The notes beneath the pieces were generated by a model. The model was not told where the DNA came from and ran no database searches. It was given only the letters and a program-made list of their open reading frames with translations. Shown piece after piece: positions 51,436-57,357 of a stretch of DNA of 57,357 bases; position 1 is the stretch's first letter, and each line of letters starts with the position of its first letter. Source of the stretch: an uncultured Tenacibaculum sp. (lineage in GTDB: Bacteria > Bacteroidota > Bacteroidia > Flavobacteriales > Flavobacteriaceae); contig CALISK010000147.1 in NCBI GenBank assembly GCA_938041625.1, forward strand, positions 1-57,357, in the 5' to 3' direction. The position numbers and the translations under genes are program-made.

Positions 51436-51471
51436 ATAATAAAACCACCATTTATAAGGTGGTTTTATTAT
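51436..51471. terminator. Bidirectional terminator
   Basis: ATAATAAAACCACC...GGTGGTTTTATTAT 14-bp stem between convergent genes. Confidence 0.8.
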
Positions 51472-51510
51472 TTTATTTATATGGCGATTAGAAAATAAAA
51501 ATCATATTAA

Positions 51511-52308
51511 TTACAGTTTATTAAAAAACAACAAACTATCTTTTACATGATTTTCCCAATAAGGCCATTCGTGTTTTCCAGAAAACTCTTCATATATATG
51601 AGATATTTTTTCGTCTAGTAGTTGTTGGTGTAGTTTTCGGTTGTGTTCGATTAACTGATCATTTTCACCGCAATCAAAACGAAAAGGAGCTATTTTGTCT
51701 CTATTACTTTTAATAATTTCAAAAACAGGTTCATCAGTATCATTTTCTTGCTTGTAATTTTCTAGTTTTTCCTCTACAAATAAGCTCATTTGTGGTGTAT
51801 CTGTAATTGAACTATGACCAGAAAAACCTGAAAATGTATCTGAATATTTAGCCCCCAGTCTTAAAGCTCCGTATCCTCCCATGGAAAGTCCACCAATGAA
51901 AATTTTAGAATCATCAGTAACGGTTTCTATTACTTCTTTTATCGCTGTTATCACATCTTCTACAATCCATTTTTCAAAATTAAAACTGTTATGAGGTAAA
52001 TAAGCAGAACCATCACCCCAAAGTCCGTCAGAAGGCATTGCAATTATTGTAGGCTTTATTTGTTTTTTTGAAATCATTTGTTCACCTGTACGATGAACTC
52101 CTGCTTTTTGAGACCAAATCCAAGCACTACCATAAACACCATGTAATAAAATTACTAACGGTGTATTAGGGGCTAGTTTTGCACTAGGAACATACACACA
52201 AATATTTCCTCTACCTTTAAGGTTAGGTGTTTTTATAGTGATAAACCGTAAATTATCTGACTCAAATTCAGGATTTGAAATTTCAATAGTTTTAAATTTT
52301 GATTTCAT
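51511..52308 (-). CDS. Alpha/beta-hydrolase esterase (S-formylglutathione hydrolase-like fold)
   Basis: LLHG, GLSMGG nucleophile elbow, DCGEND, HEWPYW. Confidence 0.85.
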   Translation of the reverse strand: MKSKFKTIEISNPEFESDNLRFITIKTPNLKGRGNICVYVPSAKLAPNTPLVILLHGVYGSAWIWSQKAGVHRTGEQMISKKQIKPTIIAMPSDGLWGDGSAYLPHNSFNFEKWIVEDVITAIKEVIETVTDDSKIFIGGLSMGGYGALRLGAKYSDTFSGFSGHSSITDTPQMSLFVEEKLENYKQENDTDEPVFEIIKSNRDKIAPFRFDCGENDQLIEHNRKLHQQLLDEKISHIYEEFSGKHEWPYWENHVKDSLLFFNKL

Positions 52309-52317
52309 ATGATTTGA

Positions 52318-53442
52318 TTAAGAAAAAGTAATTACTCCTTTTGCATTTTTTCCAGCTAACATATCGTCAAAGCCTTGTTGAAGATTTTCTAACTTATAAG
52401 TGCGAGTAATCATCTCTTCAATCATTAAATCCCCTTTTTCATACAAAGCTTCAAATTTAGGAAAATCAATATCTGGTTTAGCACCACCATATAACGGGTT
52501 AATATATATCTTATCCCATTCAAACAAACGCATATCTACCATAATCTCTTCTTCAATGCCACTTACTTGTACCGCAGTACCAGCATTACGTATCATGGCT
52601 AAAGGAGCAACGCCTAAAGCTGGAACTGCTGTACACTCAAAAGCATAATCTGCACCTTTACCATTGGTCATTCCTTTTACGATTTCAGCGGTATTTAACA
52701 AGCCTTTATCATCTCTATCAGCTAAAATGACATCTGTAGCACCAAATTGCTTGGCCATTTCTAATCGTTGTTCGTTAATATCAACAGCAATGATTTTTAC
52801 AGCTCCAGAAATTCTAGCCGCTTGAACTACATTCAAACCTATTCCTCCAGTTCCTAAAACTACTACAGAACTACCCCATTCTGGTTTAGCTGTATTAAAT
52901 ACTGAGCCACATCCTGTCATTACTGCACAACTAATCGTTGAAGCAGCTTCAAAAGACATCTTTTTAGAGGTTTTCTTTACAACACCAGAAGATCTTACTA
53001 GTGCATATTCAGAAAATGTACCTAAATTAAATGAACGTTCGATAGGTTTTTCTTTCCATGTAGTTGACTCGAAATTTGGATGTCCGCCTGAAATTTTGCC
53101 TGCATGACTTGCTAGAACAGGAGAGTTACATTCGCAAATATTTTGATTTCCTATTTGAGATTGAAAACTATCATATTTTGGAGTAGCCCAGTTTAAAATA
53201 ACCTCATCACCAGCTTCAACCTTTGTTACTGCTTCACCAATTGCTTCAACTATTCCTGCTCCTTCATGTCCCATAACAATAGGCATTCCCCAAGTCAGTG
53301 AGTCATAATCGGTATGGCATATCGCCGCAGCTTTAATTTTAACTAATATTTCATCTCCTTTTGGTGGATGAATTTCAGTTTCTTCAATGCTGAAAGTTCC
53401 ATTTCCTGAGGCCACAGCCGATTTACATTTAATAGTACTCAT
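52318..53442 (-). CDS. Zn-dependent alcohol dehydrogenase of the CYP236 cassette
   Basis: ICHTD, GHEGAG, SCAVMTG, GTGGIG; class III-like overall pattern. Confidence 0.88.
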   Translation of the reverse strand: MSTIKCKSAVASGNGTFSIEETEIHPPKGDEILVKIKAAAICHTDYDSLTWGMPIVMGHEGAGIVEAIGEAVTKVEAGDEVILNWATPKYDSFQSQIGNQNICECNSPVLASHAGKISGGHPNFESTTWKEKPIERSFNLGTFSEYALVRSSGVVKKTSKKMSFEAASTISCAVMTGCGSVFNTAKPEWGSSVVVLGTGGIGLNVVQAARISGAVKIIAVDINEQRLEMAKQFGATDVILADRDDKGLLNTAEIVKGMTNGKGADYAFECTAVPALGVAPLAMIRNAGTAVQVSGIEEEIMVDMRLFEWDKIYINPLYGGAKPDIDFPKFEALYEKGDLMIEEMITRTYKLENLQQGFDDMLAGKNAKGVITFS

Positions 53443-53458
53443 TTATTTGTTAGTATGT

Positions 53459-54691
53459 TTAGTTTTGGTTAATTGCAACGATTGATTTTAAATCTGATTT
53501 TGGATTAGCTAATTCGATTTTATCAATTTCTGCGTTTGTTTTAATATATTTTGTACCTAGTACATACGATTTAGCATTGTTAATTGAATCTACAGCTAAA
53601 AGTTGTTTCCCTTTAAAATACCAAATAGAGAATTTCTTTTCAGCCTCTTTTCTAACTACTAAATCATCAAATCCATCTGCTAAACCTACAATTTGAAGTT
53701 TTATATCATATTGGTCTGACCAAAACCAAGGAATAGCATTGTATTCAGTTTCAATTCCACAAATGTTTTTAGCTGTTATTTTAGCTTGATCTACTGCATT
53801 TTGAATTGATTCTAATCTAACAAATCGATCATACAAGCTATTATAATGATAGGTGCAATCACCTACAGCGTAAATATCTTTTTGAGAAGTTTCAGTTTTT
53901 GTATTTACGTAAATACCATTTTCTATTTTAAGTTCTATTTGGGCTGCTAATTCTGTGTTAACACGAATACCTACACCCACAATAATAATATTTGCATCAT
54001 AAGAAGAACCGTCATCACATAACACAGTATTATTATCGGTTATTTCTGTTACATTTTTATTAGTGAAAATAGATACTCCATTGGTTTTATGAAGTTCACT
54101 AAAAAAGTCTGATAAATAAGCGGTAGTTACTCTTGCTAAAATACGTTCTTCACGTTCTAAAATAGTAACATCAGCTCCTAGTTTTTTTAAAGATGCAGCT
54201 GTTTCTAATCCAATATAGCCACCTCCAATTACAACTACTTTTTTAGTAGTACTTGTATTGAAAGCTTTACGAATTCCTTCAACATCATCAGCATTTCTTA
54301 GGCTAAAAACATTTTTTGCTTCTTTTATTCCTTTTATCGGTGGTATAAAAGCGCTAGCTCCAGTAGCAAAAACTAGTTTATCGTAATGTTGAACACTATC
54401 ATCATCTAGCGATACAGATTGTTCTTCATTATTTATACTAATAATAGAAACTCCCAACTTCAAGTTAATGTTATCCTTAGTATAGCTTTCTTCTGGTTTT
54501 AATAGATTATTTTGAATACTATCTTCTAATTCTAAATATTTTTTTGATAAAGGCGGTCTGTGATATGGTAAATTTGTATCCTTATCAAACAGAATTATTT
54601 TCCCTTGCCAGCCTTCTTTTCGGAGAGCAAAAGCTAAATTTACTCCTGCATGACTTGCTCCAATTACAACACAAGTTTTATCGTGCGACAT
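53459..54691 (-). CDS. FAD/NADH ferredoxin reductase
   Basis: GASHAG, PYHRPPLSK, GGGYIGLE, AVGD, PWFWSDQYD. Confidence 0.93.
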   Translation of the reverse strand: MSHDKTCVVIGASHAGVNLAFALRKEGWQGKIILFDKDTNLPYHRPPLSKKYLELEDSIQNNLLKPEESYTKDNINLKLGVSIISINNEEQSVSLDDDSVQHYDKLVFATGASAFIPPIKGIKEAKNVFSLRNADDVEGIRKAFNTSTTKKVVVIGGGYIGLETAASLKKLGADVTILEREERILARVTTAYLSDFFSELHKTNGVSIFTNKNVTEITDNNTVLCDDGSSYDANIIIVGVGIRVNTELAAQIELKIENGIYVNTKTETSQKDIYAVGDCTYHYNSLYDRFVRLESIQNAVDQAKITAKNICGIETEYNAIPWFWSDQYDIKLQIVGLADGFDDLVVRKEAEKKFSIWYFKGKQLLAVDSINNAKSYVLGTKYIKTNAEIDKIELANPKSDLKSIVAINQN

Positions 54692-54700
54692 ATAAAATAA

Positions 54701-55009
54701 TTATTTAGCGACAGTTAATTCTACACCATCAAGAGCATCTGATATTTCTATTTGACAACACAAACGACTAAATTCATTAGCATCATCTGCAAGCTCAAGC
54801 ATATCTACTTCAATACTACTTGCTTTACCTACTTTTTCAATATCTTTTTTAGCAACAAAAACATGACAGGTAGCACAAGAGCAAACTCCACCACAATCAC
54901 CATCTATCCCTTTTACCCCATTGTTTACAGCTAACTGCATTACATTTCCGGAGTTTCCTTCTAGTACTATTTTTTCGTTATCGCTTGTTAAAAAAGTTAT
55001 ATTGGCCAT
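54701..55009 (-). CDS. 2Fe-2S ferredoxin (putidaredoxin type)
   Basis: CGGVCSCATCH and SRLCCQ. Confidence 0.94.
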   Translation of the reverse strand: MANITFLTSDNEKIVLEGNSGNVMQLAVNNGVKGIDGDCGGVCSCATCHVFVAKKDIEKVGKASSIEVDMLELADDANEFSRLCCQIEISDALDGVELTVAK

Positions 55010-55019
55010 AATTTATTTC

Positions 55020-56171
55020 TTATTTATTAAATTTTACTGTTAATTCATGGAATCCAACTTTACGGTTGAATTCACCCCATTTTTCAATATTTTCTCTAGC
55101 ATCAACTATATCAATAGAACTTACTTTATTTGATAAAAGACTTAATAAGGTTCTCATAATTTGACGTGCATGAGTTGCTCCTAAACAATTATGATGACTG
55201 AAACCAAAAGCAAGATGCGGATTTATTTTTCTATCAAAATCTACCTCATTTGGATTTTCAAAAACGTTTTCATCTCTGTTAGCAGATGCCCAGCATAAAG
55301 AAACTCTGGTGTCATTTTTTACAGCGTGTTCACAAACTTGAGCGTTTTCTGTAGCTACTCTACCCATATGTGTTAATGGCGAAAAATAACGAATTAACTC
55401 TTCTACCGCTTTGTTAATCTTATCAGGGTTCTCTTTTATATCTAATAAAGATTTTGGATGCTCAGCAAAGTATGAAATGGTATTTGTTACTGCATTAATT
55501 ACTGTATCTCTTCCTCCTGCAAAGGTTAAAATCATGATCCCTTTTATTTCATCATGTGTTAACTTTTTACCATTTACTTCTGCTTGTAATAAAACTGAAT
55601 ATAAATCTTCTCCTAAATTTTCTCTAGCTCTATTAATCTTCTCATCTAAATAGTCATAAAGTACATTTGCTTTAGATGCGTCTAAACTATCTCCTTCGCT
55701 TCTAAATACGTGTGTTCCCCAAGAGATAAAAGTGTCTGATTCAACAAGTGATGTGTTTAATAAAATGGTAAGTGCTCTTGATTGTAGTTTAAGAGAGAAA
55801 TCGTGTACCACTTCAATTTTATCTTCAGATAATACATCATCAATTAGTGTGGCAATTTGATCGGTTAATATTTTTTGATACTCTTCTCTGTTAGGTCTCT
55901 TAAACCATCCTTCTAATAAATTTCTAAAATCTTTATGTAAAGGAGGATCAACCTCAAAAGGAATTTGTCTAATATCACGGATGTCTACTTCAGAAGGAAC
56001 TACAATTCGTCCAGGAACAGCTCCTGATTGATATGTTTGCCAATTATGAGCCGTTTTTCGAACATCTTTATGACGTAAAATCATAGCAACAGGATCTTCT
56101 TGATCGTTTATGTGACCTATACCTGAGTTTTTTCTTGCTTCTTCAAAAGGATCTGAGAATTCACTTTTCAT
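55020..56171 (-). CDS. Cytochrome P450, CYP236A-like 6-O-methyl-D-galactose demethylase
   Basis: I-helix AGGRDT, EELIR (ExxR), SANRD, heme FGFSHHNCLG; ferredoxin/reductase/ADH/esterase synteny in an agar-porphyran context. Confidence 0.88.
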   Translation of the reverse strand: MKSEFSDPFEEARKNSGIGHINDQEDPVAMILRHKDVRKTAHNWQTYQSGAVPGRIVVPSEVDIRDIRQIPFEVDPPLHKDFRNLLEGWFKRPNREEYQKILTDQIATLIDDVLSEDKIEVVHDFSLKLQSRALTILLNTSLVESDTFISWGTHVFRSEGDSLDASKANVLYDYLDEKINRARENLGEDLYSVLLQAEVNGKKLTHDEIKGIMILTFAGGRDTVINAVTNTISYFAEHPKSLLDIKENPDKINKAVEELIRYFSPLTHMGRVATENAQVCEHAVKNDTRVSLCWASANRDENVFENPNEVDFDRKINPHLAFGFSHHNCLGATHARQIMRTLLSLLSNKVSSIDIVDARENIEKWGEFNRKVGFHELTVKFNK

Positions 56172-56298
56172 AATTATGAGATTAGTTTTTTACAAATCTC
56201 ATAATATTATTTTGCTAACAACTGACGAATATTGTCAGTTATTTGAACTGTATGTCTTAAATGTGTTATTTTTGAAAATAACAGGAACATATAGGAAT

Positions 56299-57156
56299 AT
56301 GAAAGCAATTAAAGAGCAACTTTTTTATTCGAGTCAACATTCATTTTTGATATCAGAGTTTAATCAAAATTATTTTGATTCTCCTTGGCATTTTCATAAT
56401 GAATATGAGCTTACTTTTATTAACTCTGGATATGGAACTAGGTTTGTAGGAACGAGTGCAGAAGCTTTTACTGTTGGAGATTTAGTACTAATAGGTCCTC
56501 AATTGCCTCATTACTGGCGCTGTGATACTGCTTTTTATGAGAAAAAACATTTAATAGCAAAGAGCCAAATAATTCAATTTAAGAATGAGTTATTTTTTAA
56601 TAATGAACTTCCTGAAATGAAGAACATTCATTCTTTGTTAAAAAAATCGATTAGTGGCGTACAGTTTCTTGATGGTAAAAAATATGAGAAGCAAATAACA
56701 TCTCTTAAAAATGTTAAAGGAATTTATAGGCTGCTTTCGTTTTATGCAATTTTAGAAGAGTTAAGTTTAGATACAAATTATAAATTACTTTCAACAAATC
56801 AAAGTTCTCAGTTCTATCAAGCTAAAGACAGTGTAACTTTTCAAAGAATATTAAACTATATTTTTGAGAATTTAGAACATGATATTTCGTTAGATGTGAT
56901 TGCTTTAAAAGTGCATATGAATAAGTCTTCTTTTTGTAAATATTTTAAAAAAAGAACCAAAACAACATTTACCGAATATGTAAATGGGTTAAGAATAGCA
57001 AAGGCTTCAAAATTATTGTCAGAAACAGATTTAACAATCTCTGAAATCTGTTTTGCTTCTGGATTTAATAGTTTGAGTTATTTTAATAGACAGTTTAAAA
57101 AACGAAAAGAAATGAGTCCAAGTGCCTACATCAACCTTTATCAAAGAAAAAAATAG
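56299..57156 (+). CDS. AraC-family regulator divergent from the P450 cassette
   Basis: PWHFHNEYEL cupin; FCKYFKK...SGFNSLSYFNRQFK HTH; start set to ATG 56299 to leave a promoter gap. Confidence 0.9.
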   Translation: MKAIKEQLFYSSQHSFLISEFNQNYFDSPWHFHNEYELTFINSGYGTRFVGTSAEAFTVGDLVLIGPQLPHYWRCDTAFYEKKHLIAKSQIIQFKNELFFNNELPEMKNIHSLLKKSISGVQFLDGKKYEKQITSLKNVKGIYRLLSFYAILEELSLDTNYKLLSTNQSSQFYQAKDSVTFQRILNYIFENLEHDISLDVIALKVHMNKSSFCKYFKKRTKTTFTEYVNGLRIAKASKLLSETDLTISEICFASGFNSLSYFNRQFKKRKEMSPSAYINLYQRKK

Positions 57157-57196
57157 AAAACCTCTTAAAATTTGATATCAAATTTTAAGAGGTTTT
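57157..57196. terminator. Perfect 40-bp palindrome, bidirectional terminator
   Basis: AAAACCTCTTAAAATTTGAT|ATCAAATTTTAAGAGGTTTT between convergent genes. Confidence 0.8.
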
Positions 57197-57235
57197 AGTA
57201 ACTATATTAATTAGCCCTTAAATTATAAGATGTTA

Positions 57236-57357
57236 TTATTGATTTACAGGTTTAAAAACTCTAATCCAGTCTACTTTTAAAACATGATCTTCAGGAGAAT
57301 TAGCAATTTCTTCATCTGTAGGGAATCTATCTTTTGCTGCATTCCAATTTTGAACTT
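57236..57357 (-). CDS. 3' end of a GH16 beta-agarase (partial, runs off the window; not in the ORF track)
   Basis: VQNWNAAKDRFPTDEEIANSPEDHVLKVDWIRVFKPVNQ*; VDWIRVxKP is a typical GH16 agarase C-terminus. Confidence 0.75.
   Translation of the reverse strand, partial: VQNWNAAKDRFPTDEEIANSPEDHVLKVDWIRVFKPVNQ

Noticed and set aside
2533-55653. Numerous short (60-170 aa) ORFs overlapping the large genes, e.g. 2533-2724, 7400-7654, 13266-13565, 18625-18951, 33578-34090, 55411-55653
   Set aside because: Antisense or out-of-frame shadows inside well-supported CDSs, with no recognizable motifs
1-57357. CRISPR arrays, tRNA/rRNA genes and anti-phage defence systems
   Set aside because: No regularly spaced repeats, structural RNA signatures or defence-type domains were recognized

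Overview
AT-rich Bacteroidota DNA (Flavobacteriaceae-like, inferred from SusC/SusD pairs and TAnnTTTG-type promoters) forming a large red-algal galactan utilization region. (1) Carrageenan block, about 1-14.3 kb: AraC regulator, SusC/SusD, an S1 sulfatase, a putative 3,6-anhydro-D-galactose cycloisomerase/dehydrogenase pair (dauB-dauA-like) and two tandem GH82 iota-carrageenase lipoproteins. (2) Agar/porphyran block, about 14.6-44 kb: a second SusC/SusD plus a surface lipoprotein, galM, a frameshifted LacI, a membrane-spanning TPR-LuxR regulator, a full 3,6-anhydro-L-galactose pathway, GH117, an MFS porter, GH50, an FG-GAP/ASPIC protein, GH16 and GH2, ending in a deletion scar. (3) An insert with a truncated RHS protein and oxyR-catalase-ankyrin. 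(4) A CYP236-type 6-O-methyl-galactose demethylation cassette, an AraC gene and the 3' end of a GH16 beta-agarase. The main observations beyond the ORF track are two distinct fixed-spacing direct-repeat promoter motifs that split the locus into two candidate regulons, the solute-binding protein/ALDH deletion scar, the LacI frameshift, and duplicated beta-rich inserts in a toxin-less RHS protein. All product calls come from motif recognition by eye; no database search was run.
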